Source: Bacteroidales bacterium (GTDB lineage: Bacteria; Bacteroidota; Bacteroidia; Bacteroidales; PUMT01). From it: 42,333 bases of DNA. The first letter of the stretch is position 1. Each line of letters opens with the position of its first letter. The notes beneath the pieces were generated by a model. That model was not told the DNA's origin. It did no database searches and worked only from the letters and a program-made list of their open reading frames with translations. The stretch is taken from assembly GCA_007123885.1 (NCBI GenBank), contig SLGC01000016.1, positions 1 to 42,333 on the forward strand. Reading direction: 5' to 3'. The translations under genes and the position numbers were made by a program. This document shows positions 19,600 to 29,021 of the stretch, one piece after another.

Positions 19600-21249
19600 T
19601 TAAACCGGTCCGCCCGTGATATGCTCCACTTCAACGCCGGACAGGCTTGCCCAGGCTTTAACAGTGTGCAGATGCCTGCCGTATGTCAGGATCTTGTGAT
19701 GCCCCCGAATATCCCTTACATCCCTGACATCATCCATTGCCATCACGAATGATGTCCGGCATCCCCCTCTACCGTCGTCCGGATGAGTATCGATGTTATG
19801 AAGAATAACACCCGTTGCAATCATCAGCGAACCCGGGGAGAGAAAACGCCATAAAGTAGCCGGCTGTTCTTCCCTGAACAATACCTGCGGAACGGCCCCG
19901 AAGCCTGCTTCATGGTGGCTTCTCAGTATATAGCGCTCGGGAGATTTATCGAATCCCGCCATTTGTGTAGGCGCTGTGCAATGGCCACCCGCATAAAGGT
20001 TTCTTGTGGTATCGAAGATCGGATTATGGAGAAAGCCGGGGCGGTCAAGAAGGTAGCGGCTCAGCAGCTGTGTAAGTCCGGGATAGACATCAGCCTCGCA
20101 CACTCCGACGCTGCCTTCATCGAGCAATTGCATGAAAGCAAGACATGGAGGTATCATCTGCCTGGTCGTGACGGGCCGGAAACAGTTTGTCGCAACGCCA
20201 TGGCAACCTGTTTCAGCCAACAGGCGGCGGTTGGCCACATATGCCCGTGCAGCCTGGATCAGTTCCTCACCGACCGGCTCAAGAATCCCGGCGGCAGTGT
20301 TCCTGTAAAGTCCGGCAATTTCGGTAACCTGCGGAGCGCCTTCAGTCTCCTTTTCCAGCTCCAGGTATCGTTGCATGGGGACATAGCATAATGTGGTTTT
20401 CAATGGGGCACCAAGCACCTCCTCACGTGACTGGTCGCCCGTTACAACGGCAAGCCTGGTATTGGCCATCAGCCAGCGTGCTTTTAAAATACGCAATCCT
20501 TCAGCCAACCAGTCCGCATCAGAGCTTCCTGCAAGAAAACAGTACTTTGAATCACGGAATGGTTGGTATTTATCCGGATTAGAGTGAAGAGTTCCATGAG
20601 GGATGAATCCCAGCACCGGCAAATCGAGATCTCCCCTTTTTTCAAGTACACGGTTAAGACCCTGCATTCCATAGGTCTGCGCTTCCATGTTTATCAGCAC
20701 TATTCCGTCGGCTTTCCTGGCGATTGCACGGGCAAGAAAGAGGTCAGCCTCCTCATCATTGCCAATTCGTGCATCCAGCACATCCAGGTTAACACCCATG
20801 TCCGCTGCGGACCGCCGGAGAGTTTCCGTGTATAATGCCTGACTGGCATCCGAGTCATATTCCCTGCCCGGCCATCCTGTTTCCATATATTCACCAGGAG
20901 CTGAACGTGAGAAACCCACACATACAAGCGGTTTATTATTACCAGTCCCGGGAACAGGCGGTAGTCCCTGTACCTTGCTTATTCTATGGCTCAGCGGACT
21001 TCCGGCAACCGGGGTTACATTGCCGGCGGTGATTTTGCCTGGCACACTGTTCACCCTGCCAGTTGCCAGTACACCACCGGTGGCACTGAAGGCAAGGGCA
21101 GCTCCTCCTGCCAGTCCGATCCTCGCCAGAAACTCTCTCCGCCCGGAGGAGGAACAACATCCGGAGGAAGAATGCTTATCATTAATATCCTGTGATTTAT
21201 AACCGGACCTTTTGTTGATCCGGTCAACATTTTTAGATGCTTTTTTCAT
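19600..21249 (-). CDS. L-fucose/L-arabinose isomerase-like protein with Tat signal
   Basis: GRREFL Tat motif plus hydrophobic stretch; NCF, PCL, CEAD, HCTAP, CRT, GHH motifs of FucI/AraA-like proteins. Start uncertain (21294 or 21249). Confidence 0.7.
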   Translation of the reverse strand: MKKASKNVDRINKRSGYKSQDINDKHSSSGCCSSSGRREFLARIGLAGGAALAFSATGGVLATGRVNSVPGKITAGNVTPVAGSPLSHRISKVQGLPPVPGTGNNKPLVCVGFSRSAPGEYMETGWPGREYDSDASQALYTETLRRSAADMGVNLDVLDARIGNDEEADLFLARAIARKADGIVLINMEAQTYGMQGLNRVLEKRGDLDLPVLGFIPHGTLHSNPDKYQPFRDSKYCFLAGSSDADWLAEGLRILKARWLMANTRLAVVTGDQSREEVLGAPLKTTLCYVPMQRYLELEKETEGAPQVTEIAGLYRNTAAGILEPVGEELIQAARAYVANRRLLAETGCHGVATNCFRPVTTRQMIPPCLAFMQLLDEGSVGVCEADVYPGLTQLLSRYLLDRPGFLHNPIFDTTRNLYAGGHCTAPTQMAGFDKSPERYILRSHHEAGFGAVPQVLFREEQPATLWRFLSPGSLMIATGVILHNIDTHPDDGRGGCRTSFVMAMDDVRDVRDIRGHHKILTYGRHLHTVKAWASLSGVEVEHITGGPV

Positions 21250-21502
21250 TTCAGATATGGTTATTATATTCGGAAGGCTTTTAGGTACCGTCATATATCA
21301 ATATTAACCAAACCTACAAAAAAAGAGCTAATTATCCCAACAAATCTTTTGGTGTCAGGTTACATTTTTATAACGTTCTTTGAAGCATCAACTATTGATA
21401 TATTCTCTAATCAGGGTCCGGCCAACAGAACGAAAAACCGGAAGCATACCCCGGACCGGATGAGGGGATGTGTTAAGTGTGTGTGTCCGCCAATTCCGGC
21501 TG

Positions 21503-22453
21503 TTATCCGAATGCCCTTCTCAGCAATTCAAGACTTTTGGGAACGGCTGTTTCAGGGTCTTCCCGTCCTTCAAATTCCAGGGATATAAACCCTCTGTAAT
21601 TATGCTTACGAAGCATTTCAGCATATTTGTCATAATCCAGGTCAAGTGAATACCAGCTGCCACCACCATAATAGGTCTTTGCCTGGACAAGTACGGCCTT
21701 TTCGGCTATCATATCAAATTGTTCATACTTGTCTTCAAAAAAATTACCAGTATCGGCAGTTACCTTGAGCCAGGGAGAATCAATATGATTCACTATCCTC
21801 ATTACTCCTGCGGCGGTTCTGCCCAGTCCCCAATGATTTTCCAGTCCCAGAACCACACCGTACTCTTCTGCCATTGGTATAAGTTGTTCAATTGAATCAA
21901 TGACCCATTCAAAGCCTTCTTCTTCGGTATATCCTTCCAGTATGGGTTCAATACCTTTTGCATCCATAAGATCAGAGAATGACCTTATTGTCCCCCATCT
22001 GCCGGTATTAATCCTGATTGTTGGAATGCCAAGCTTATGGGCAATATCGATCTGCTTTCTGGTCCGTTCAATATTGCTTTTTCTGACTTCCCTGTCAGGA
22101 GAGACAAACCCCTGATGGGTCGACATTCCGATAAGCGGAAGGCCGGCATGAAGGGACAGCCTTTTTAATTTCTGAAGATATGCATTATCCTCCCTGCTCA
22201 TTTGCACCTTTAATATCTCCACACCATCAGCCCCCATCCTGGCCGATCGTTCTATGCAATTTTCGATAGTTGCATCTTTCCGGGAACGGTCAAAATGCCA
22301 GAAGGAATAAGTAGAAACCCCTATCAGGTTAGTGTAGCCGCGCGGATGTATTCGGCTTTCCTGATTCACAGACTTTTTGTAAGTGGATCCTATTGAAACG
22401 CATGCGCCTGCAACAGCAAGATTTTTCAGAAACGATCTCCTTGTCTTTTTCAT
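21503..22453 (-). CDS. Sugar phosphate isomerase/epimerase (AP_endonuc_2 TIM barrel) with Tat signal
   Basis: TRRSFLK Tat motif; GVEIL, LGLENHWG, DTGNF, QAK, ISLEFEG. Confidence 0.88.
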   Translation of the reverse strand: MKKTRRSFLKNLAVAGACVSIGSTYKKSVNQESRIHPRGYTNLIGVSTYSFWHFDRSRKDATIENCIERSARMGADGVEILKVQMSREDNAYLQKLKRLSLHAGLPLIGMSTHQGFVSPDREVRKSNIERTRKQIDIAHKLGIPTIRINTGRWGTIRSFSDLMDAKGIEPILEGYTEEEGFEWVIDSIEQLIPMAEEYGVVLGLENHWGLGRTAAGVMRIVNHIDSPWLKVTADTGNFFEDKYEQFDMIAEKAVLVQAKTYYGGGSWYSLDLDYDKYAEMLRKHNYRGFISLEFEGREDPETAVPKSLELLRRAFG

Positions 22454-22603
22454 TTCAGTTCAGATTTTAAATTAATTCAAGTGCAAATTCGTATCTAAAG
22501 TACGAAAATTTTAATGCAGGGGAAAATTCTCAATTTTTCAGTATGCGGTTCAAGGTACCGGGCCCGTTTTAAATACCAGGGTTCCTCCGCCGGCAACCGG
22601 GGT

Positions 22604-24013
22604 TCAGTCCCAGTCGTCAGTCCGGAATGATGAAGCAGGCAAACCCTCAGTGTTGAAAAGTTCACCAATAACAAAATCTTCAAAAGCATATCTTACTGCT
22701 ACGGGATTTGCAACCTGTGGAGCAGACAAGGTTATTCCCTCCCTTGTGATAAATGCATTGGCATTATGGAAAATCCGGTTTTCTCCGGCTACCTTAAAAT
22801 TTACAAGTTCACGGCCAAATGTGGTAAGACCGTTTGCCGCGTGGTTAAATGTCAGTTTCACCATGCTACCTTCAATTTCCATTTCTTTCAATACGGGCCC
22901 TGAACATTCAAAACCGGACATATTATAGGTTTTAGCAAGTGCGAGATATGCAAGGCGCTGGCCTGCTGCCTTTTTACCGGCAGGATGGATGAAATTCTTA
23001 TCTCCTGCATCCATCAGGCTTGCCATTCCTGTATTAGGCAGTACAGTGGAAGCCTTCAGCTGTGCCTCCCGCAAGAAGGCAGAATTCACAGTTGAAACTC
23101 CGTAATCAAATGGGGCAATTTGCACGTAATAGAATGGCATCTCCCCTATTCCGAATTCATTGCGCCAGTTTTCGATCAACCCAGCCATTAACCCGGCATA
23201 ACGGTCAGGTTCAAGCCGGTTAGATTCACCCTGGTACCAAAGTACTCCCCGGGCAGAAAAGCCGGTAAGGGGCTTGATCATCGCGTTGTACAGTACTGTT
23301 GGCAGTTGTTGCGAAAAATCGCCGGTTTGACTTTTATCAGGAAGTGTAACCCAGTCAAACTTTTTAATACCCTGCTCACTCATCCATGGTTCAATACGAG
23401 TGCCTCCCCAGCTTGAATTAATCATTCCCACCGGTACTCCAAGTGCCTGATGTACCATTTTAGCGAAGAAATATGCTGTGGCACTGAATTCTGAAACATT
23501 TACCGGAATACATTCCTGCCATTGACCGGACAGATCATCGAGTGGATCGAGGCTTTTATTGCGGCTTACCGTAAATAGTCTTATGTTATCATTTCCTGAA
23601 GTGACAATTTCTTCATTTGATCCGGTAATCGGTTCATTCCGGTAACCCTTCATGGGCATAACCATGTTTGACTGACCTGAGCAGATCCAGACTTCACCAA
23701 TAAGAACATTGGAAAGCTTAAGCTCCTGACCATCTGATATAGTGATCTCATATGGCCCGCCGGCAGAAGGGGTTCTTACCCTGATTTCCCAGGAGCCATC
23801 ACCGCCAGCCCGGGTTTCATACATTTGATCATCCCATGAGGTAACAATATCAATATAGCCTCCGGGAGAAGCTTTCCCCCATATCGCCGCATCAGTTTGC
23901 TGCTGCAGTACCATATGGTCGCCAAATATGGCCGGCAATACTATTTCTGCCCTTAAGTTGAAGGCAAAAACTCCGGTAAAAAGAATACTAAAAAGGATCA
24001 GTCTGATTTTCAT
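22604..24013 (-). CDS. Sialate O-acetylesterase (SASA/SGNH family), secreted
   Basis: LP..FGDHMVLQQ, GEVWICSGQSNM, WGGTRIEPW, LYNAMI.P, WYQGESN, LREAQ, IHP, P.AVRYA, GLPASSFRTD. Confidence 0.92.
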   Translation of the reverse strand: MKIRLILFSILFTGVFAFNLRAEIVLPAIFGDHMVLQQQTDAAIWGKASPGGYIDIVTSWDDQMYETRAGGDGSWEIRVRTPSAGGPYEITISDGQELKLSNVLIGEVWICSGQSNMVMPMKGYRNEPITGSNEEIVTSGNDNIRLFTVSRNKSLDPLDDLSGQWQECIPVNVSEFSATAYFFAKMVHQALGVPVGMINSSWGGTRIEPWMSEQGIKKFDWVTLPDKSQTGDFSQQLPTVLYNAMIKPLTGFSARGVLWYQGESNRLEPDRYAGLMAGLIENWRNEFGIGEMPFYYVQIAPFDYGVSTVNSAFLREAQLKASTVLPNTGMASLMDAGDKNFIHPAGKKAAGQRLAYLALAKTYNMSGFECSGPVLKEMEIEGSMVKLTFNHAANGLTTFGRELVNFKVAGENRIFHNANAFITREGITLSAPQVANPVAVRYAFEDFVIGELFNTEGLPASSFRTDDWD

Positions 24014-24484
24014 GATTTTAATTTTCGTGTTCTTTGTATGATGAGGTCATTATTAACTGGTAAAAGTCGTAATATTTCATGACTGATAAATTACTTTAAG
24101 GAAATTTTTCAATTAAAAATAACCAAAAATAGAATTTAATATATAATAAGTGGTGAAATTACCAGACACAATCGATCTGGAAACAGTCTGATATTATTTG
24201 GAATGAACATAAAAAACCTGATAAACAGTCATTAAAATTGACTGAGAATAACGAGGGTTATTGCTGGCATTTTAGTGGTATCAGATTGTGGATAAATACT
24301 ATCTCTCTCTACTGATCCGCATTTATTAAAAAGTTCAGGCTTTCTGTAATATCATCACTGCCTGCTGAAATATGAAGTAAAAAAAACAAAACAAAAAAAT
24401 TTAATTTAGAGAGTATTTTATTAAACCGGTAATTTATTTATCTTGGCGTCATTTAATATTCTTACCAAACTCAAAACTTTAGCG

Positions 24485-25234
24485 GTGGAAACAGATTACA
24501 GAATAAGTTTTTTCAAACCTACCACGCAACAGGCCAAAATGAACAGAAATCTCATTATCAAACTATTCATAGCCTGGGCAGTTGCTATTTTCGGATTTCA
24601 GATCTTGTTGAAAATTATAGAAAAGCCGGTACCCGAGGAGGCACTTGTGAGGTTCATCCCTGCGTGGCATAGAATAGAAGCAGGCCTGGGAACTGATAAT
24701 GACCTGCAAGACATCGGTCGATCAATGGTTCAGGTAACCGGCAAACTGACCCTGGAACCTGGTGAATATGCCATACTTAAAGATGGCATAAGCTGGACAC
24801 TGTCTGAATTATTACCCGAACATGAGCTTGCTGACCTTCAGGAAAGTGTAATACGATTAAACAGGTTAAGAGAAGAGATAGTCTCATTGCAGGATCCTGA
24901 GTACCTGGCAGCAAAAGAATCTGTCATTTCAACGGCAGCACCCGCGCTTGATATTGGCGAGGGCACATTGTTAGCGCAGTTGCTGGCAATAGGTCTGGTT
25001 GAGAATATGGCTGTAATGGAGGATCAAAGCAGGGAAAGGATACCAGAGATAATGAGCCTTTACTTGACCCATAACCGGTCAGTGCTGACCGACACAATTT
25101 TCCTGGGGTTTCCTTTCCATTATTTCTACTCGGCAGTCTTCCTTCTCGTGTTTTTTATAGGATTGTGCTGGATCTATTGCCATCGCACCGATAAGCTGCA
25201 TGCCAGGCTTAACTTCCTTGAAGCTCACGATTAA
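24485..25234 (+). CDS. DUF4212-like solute:Na+ symporter small subunit with large extracytoplasmic insertion
   Basis: TM1 'NRNLIIKLFIAWAVAIFGF' and TM2 'LGFPFHYFYSAVFLLVFFIGLCWIYC.RTDKL' resemble the two halves of DUF4212, separated by about 160 soluble residues. Directly upstream of an ActP-like symporter. Start uncertain (TTG 24443, GTG 24485 or ATG 24539). Confidence 0.7.
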   Translation: METDYRISFFKPTTQQAKMNRNLIIKLFIAWAVAIFGFQILLKIIEKPVPEEALVRFIPAWHRIEAGLGTDNDLQDIGRSMVQVTGKLTLEPGEYAILKDGISWTLSELLPEHELADLQESVIRLNRLREEIVSLQDPEYLAAKESVISTAAPALDIGEGTLLAQLLAIGLVENMAVMEDQSRERIPEIMSLYLTHNRSVLTDTIFLGFPFHYFYSAVFLLVFFIGLCWIYCHRTDKLHARLNFLEAHD

Positions 25235-25265
25235 TCATAATTACAAACCATGGATTTAATTTAAC

Positions 25266-26933
25266 ATGAAAAAAATATATTTTCTCTTATTTATGTTTTT
25301 GCCGCTGGCAGCCAATGCAACTAATGATGCAACACAGCTGGAAGGCAGTTTTAGAGTAGGTCCGGCAATCATCCTTATCTTCATTTTGACTTTGTTTGTT
25401 CTCGTAGGCATATTGTTCCGTGCCAAAGATACGACCGACTATTACGCGGCGGGACGGGGAATTTCCCGCGTAGGTTCGGGTATGGCTATTGCCTCCAACT
25501 GGATGAGCGCAGCTTCTTATCTTGGAATGGCTGCACTGATGTATGGTACGGGGTATCACGGACTGGCATATGTTGTGGGATGGACAGGTGGATACGTGTT
25601 ATTACTGATACTGATGGCCGGCCAGATAAGGAGATACGGCAAATACACGGCGGCCGATTTTATAGGCGACAGGTATTATTCCCAGACTTTGCGGACCATA
25701 ACTGCAGGTATTGCCATTGTTATTTCAATTGCTTATGCCGTAGGACAATTCGGAGGCATAGGTTTAATGTTCAGGTGGGTACTGGGGATTGATTATATCA
25801 GTGCCGTGATAATTGGAGGTTCGGTTGTTCTGGCATATACACTTATATCAGGCATGCTTGGTGTTACAAAAAACATGCAGATTCAATATGTGATCATAAT
25901 AATTTCATTTTTAATACCCCTGTTTATCCTTACCGCCAGATTTGATTATTTTTGGCTTCTTCCCCAGATAGGCTATGGTTCTGTTGTGCAGGATATTGTA
26001 GAAGGGATCAGCATTGCCGATAAACCTGGCTTGTATAATTCGCTTGGTCATCATTTTGCCATCGTTCCCAGTCCGGAATATGCCATGCCCTGGGATCCTT
26101 CAACCAGGCAAACATTTTTTCAATGGATGGCTATAGCATTTTCTCTTATGATAGGAACAGCAGGGCTACCGCATGTAATACAGCGGTTTTATGTCGTGCC
26201 CAAAGCCGTCGATGCCCGCTGGTCGGTTGTGTGGGGTCTGTTTTTCATCTGCGTGCTTTACTGGAGTGCCCCGGTATATGCGGCTTTTGGGAAAATATTG
26301 TCTTCAAATCCTGAAGTAGGAAAACTTGCTCCCGACGCCATAGTAGTTTATACTGCCCAACTGGGTGCGGTAAATCCATTGATCGTCGGACTCCTGGCTG
26401 CAGGTGCGGTATCTGCCGCTTTCTCAACCACATCGGGTTTGCTTGTGGCAGGGGCATCTGCATTTGCTCATGATCTTTACGTTAAAGTGATCAATCCTGA
26501 GGCTAAACCAAAGACACAAATGATAATTGCCCGCCTGAGCACCATTCTTATGGCGATCATTATCGCGGCCATTGCCATGGCGAACCTGGCACTGATCGCT
26601 CAACTTGTTGCCATAGCCTTTTCAATGGCAGGATGTACAATATTCCCCATGTTTCTACTCGGTATCTGGTGGAGTGGTTCAAACCGGGCCGGTGCAAAGG
26701 CCGGACTGATTGCCGGGGGAATTGTGACTTTGGTATCGCTGACTTATCTGATTGGCGCCAGGGCAGGATGGGTCCTTCCATATAATGATTTTATCTCCTA
26801 TTATCTCGGGGCCTGGTATTTTGCATGGATAGGCGCACCCCTTGCTATTCTTGTCCATATTATCGTATCAAAATTAACGGAAGAGACACCCATTGAAATC
26901 AGGAAGTTCTTAATTGAAAAAGTGCACTCTTGA
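25266..26933 (+). CDS. Cation/acetate symporter, ActP-like (SLC5 YjcG/VC_2705 subfamily)
   Basis: DYYAAGR, GMAIASNWMSAASYLG, GWTGGY, YGKYT..DFIGDRY, GTAGLPHVIQRFY, AAFSTTSGLL, AHDLY, LLGIWW. Confidence 0.88.
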   Translation: MKKIYFLLFMFLPLAANATNDATQLEGSFRVGPAIILIFILTLFVLVGILFRAKDTTDYYAAGRGISRVGSGMAIASNWMSAASYLGMAALMYGTGYHGLAYVVGWTGGYVLLLILMAGQIRRYGKYTAADFIGDRYYSQTLRTITAGIAIVISIAYAVGQFGGIGLMFRWVLGIDYISAVIIGGSVVLAYTLISGMLGVTKNMQIQYVIIIISFLIPLFILTARFDYFWLLPQIGYGSVVQDIVEGISIADKPGLYNSLGHHFAIVPSPEYAMPWDPSTRQTFFQWMAIAFSLMIGTAGLPHVIQRFYVVPKAVDARWSVVWGLFFICVLYWSAPVYAAFGKILSSNPEVGKLAPDAIVVYTAQLGAVNPLIVGLLAAGAVSAAFSTTSGLLVAGASAFAHDLYVKVINPEAKPKTQMIIARLSTILMAIIIAAIAMANLALIAQLVAIAFSMAGCTIFPMFLLGIWWSGSNRAGAKAGLIAGGIVTLVSLTYLIGARAGWVLPYNDFISYYLGAWYFAWIGAPLAILVHIIVSKLTEETPIEIRKFLIEKVHS

Positions 26934-27700
26934 ATTTGAAGATAACTTCTGTAAATAGAGGAACGCTAATTGTCATTTCTATCATGACATTTCTGGCTGC
27001 AGCGGGTATAATTTTCGCCCGGTCGTACTATGGCGATATCAACCGCTCGGTCGATCCAAGGGTTAAACCTGCTAAAGTATTATACGGCCGGTATAACCTT
27101 TATGCTTCGGAAAATCAGCACAACAAAGTATTTGCCTTGCTTGACAGCATAAAAGATATTTATGCTGCCGTGCCTCATTACAGGGATTCATACGAGAAAG
27201 GAGTCATCGAGAATAACCGGGCATCGGTTTATCTTATGATGGCGCTTTCAGATTCACTGAATAAAGAGTTAAGGGAAATTTATTTTGCCCTTGCCGAAAA
27301 ACATCTGCTTGCGGGGATAGAATTATATGATCGATGGCTTGACTTTTTCGGCAGTCTTGCCATGGAGAAGATATTGCTTATCGTTGAAGATGAGTTCAGG
27401 AATGATGAAATACTTTCAGTAAATGAGAATCTCGATGCAATTATCAAAAACAGGGTAAAGGAAATCCAGACTGCACAATTTGAAACAAGAAGAAGGTTGT
27501 CGGTAAGTTATACCAACCTGGGGATTATAAGACGTCATGAGAACAACCTTGAAGAGGCATATAGCTACTATACGCAAGCCCTGGATATGTGGGCCGAAAA
27601 TCATGCCGCCAAAAATAATATCAATATCCTGTTTGGCCGGCCGGTTGAAAAACAAAGCTTCATGAAGAGATTGTTCCCGCCCGACAGGAATAAGGAATGA
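26930..27700 (+). CDS. Membrane-anchored tetratricopeptide repeat protein
   Basis: N-terminal transmembrane helix; TPR-like SYTNLGIIRRHENNLEEAYSYYTQALDMW...AAKNN; overlaps the symporter stop codon. Confidence 0.75.
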   Translation: MNLKITSVNRGTLIVISIMTFLAAAGIIFARSYYGDINRSVDPRVKPAKVLYGRYNLYASENQHNKVFALLDSIKDIYAAVPHYRDSYEKGVIENNRASVYLMMALSDSLNKELREIYFALAEKHLLAGIELYDRWLDFFGSLAMEKILLIVEDEFRNDEILSVNENLDAIIKNRVKEIQTAQFETRRRLSVSYTNLGIIRRHENNLEEAYSYYTQALDMWAENHAAKNNINILFGRPVEKQSFMKRLFPPDRNKE

Positions 27701-27722
27701 TAGTGCGCATAAAATTATTCAT

Positions 27723-28994
27723 ATGAGAAAATGTATAATACCGGTATTTTTGTTAATAGCAATCCTGGATCCATGTTTTACAAATGCCCAGGAAAACGGG
27801 CAGGATGGTTTTGCGGTAAAATTCGGCGGATTCATAAAAAATGATTTCTTTTATGATTCCCGCCAGACGGTCGCCGCGAGAGAAGGACATTTCATGTTAT
27901 GGCCGGCAGCACCCCTATACGATCTGGAGAACAGGGACACAAATGAAGCTTCGAGTTTTAACTTTTTGTCGATCCAAACCAGGTTAAATGCTGCCATTTC
28001 TATTCCTGACGCCTTTGGAGCTAAAACTTCAGGGATGGTCGAGGGTGCATTTTTCGGTCATTCCAATCCCGATATCAACGGTTTCAGATTGAGACATGCC
28101 TGGGTAAAATTTAACTGGGATAACACCGAACTATTATTCGGACAATTCTGGAACCCCCTGTTTGTTACTTCAAACTTTCCCGATGTTGTATCCTTTAATA
28201 CAGGCTGCCCCTTCCAGCCCTTTTCAAGAAACCCCCAGGTGCGCCTCACACAAAGTCTTGGCGATTTCAGGGTTATTGCCTCGGCTCTTTCCCAACGTGA
28301 TTTTGCAAATGTCGGGCCCTGGGGTGCGTCCTCATCCTACCTGCGTAATTCAACGATACCCGACCTGCACGCGCAGGTACACTACGTGCATGGAGGTGCA
28401 GGCATATTAACACAGTTTATAACCGGGGGAGGAATTTCATACAAGAAAATCGTTCCCGAACTTCTAACTCAGCAAGGGTATATAACTGATGCAGGGGTTA
28501 CGGGAATTACCTGGATGGCTTTCGCCAGGGCCGCTTTTCAACCGGTCACGGTAAAAGCGCAATTTATTGCAGGACAAAATGTGACCGACCTTCTTATGAT
28601 CGGTGGCTACGGTATAAGCAGGATTATCAACCCGGAGAGGGGATTGGTGGAGTATGTTCCATTGCAGACCACATCATACTGGATTGATATGCATACAAAC
28701 GGACAGACGCTGCAGTTCGGTATTTTTGGAGCAATATCAGAAAACCGCGGAGCAACGGATAATCTTGCTGAAGGTACAACAGTAACGGGATTTGGAACTA
28801 ATATAAAATCAACGTACCGGGTTTCACCGAGGATCATCTTTAATTCAGGAAGAGCCCGTTTTGCCCTCGAAGGGGAATATTCGGCTGCAAATTTCGGAAC
28901 TATCGATCTGGTAAGGAACAGCAAGGGTATCCCTGTCGATGTAGACCAGGTTGCCAATTTCCGTGTACTTTTAGGTGTGTATTTATTTTTATGA
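27723..28994 (+). CDS. DcaP-like outer membrane porin
   Basis: Signal peptide; FGGFIKND..YD, QTRL, EG.FFG, FRLRHAW, LLFGQFW.P, RNPQVR, PDLH; amphipathic C-terminal strand. Confidence 0.7.
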   Translation: MRKCIIPVFLLIAILDPCFTNAQENGQDGFAVKFGGFIKNDFFYDSRQTVAAREGHFMLWPAAPLYDLENRDTNEASSFNFLSIQTRLNAAISIPDAFGAKTSGMVEGAFFGHSNPDINGFRLRHAWVKFNWDNTELLFGQFWNPLFVTSNFPDVVSFNTGCPFQPFSRNPQVRLTQSLGDFRVIASALSQRDFANVGPWGASSSYLRNSTIPDLHAQVHYVHGGAGILTQFITGGGISYKKIVPELLTQQGYITDAGVTGITWMAFARAAFQPVTVKAQFIAGQNVTDLLMIGGYGISRIINPERGLVEYVPLQTTSYWIDMHTNGQTLQFGIFGAISENRGATDNLAEGTTVTGFGTNIKSTYRVSPRIIFNSGRARFALEGEYSAANFGTIDLVRNSKGIPVDVDQVANFRVLLGVYLFL

Positions 28995-29002
28995 TACTTT
29001 TG
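28995..29002 (+). promoter_or_regulatory. Internal -7 box TACTTTTG upstream of the phosphoesterase/NTase pair
   Basis: TAnnTTTG immediately after the porin stop and 19 bp before the ATG at 29022; TTTAG about 20 bp upstream. Confidence 0.5.
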
Positions 29003-29021
29003 CGGGGTTAATAAAATACTC

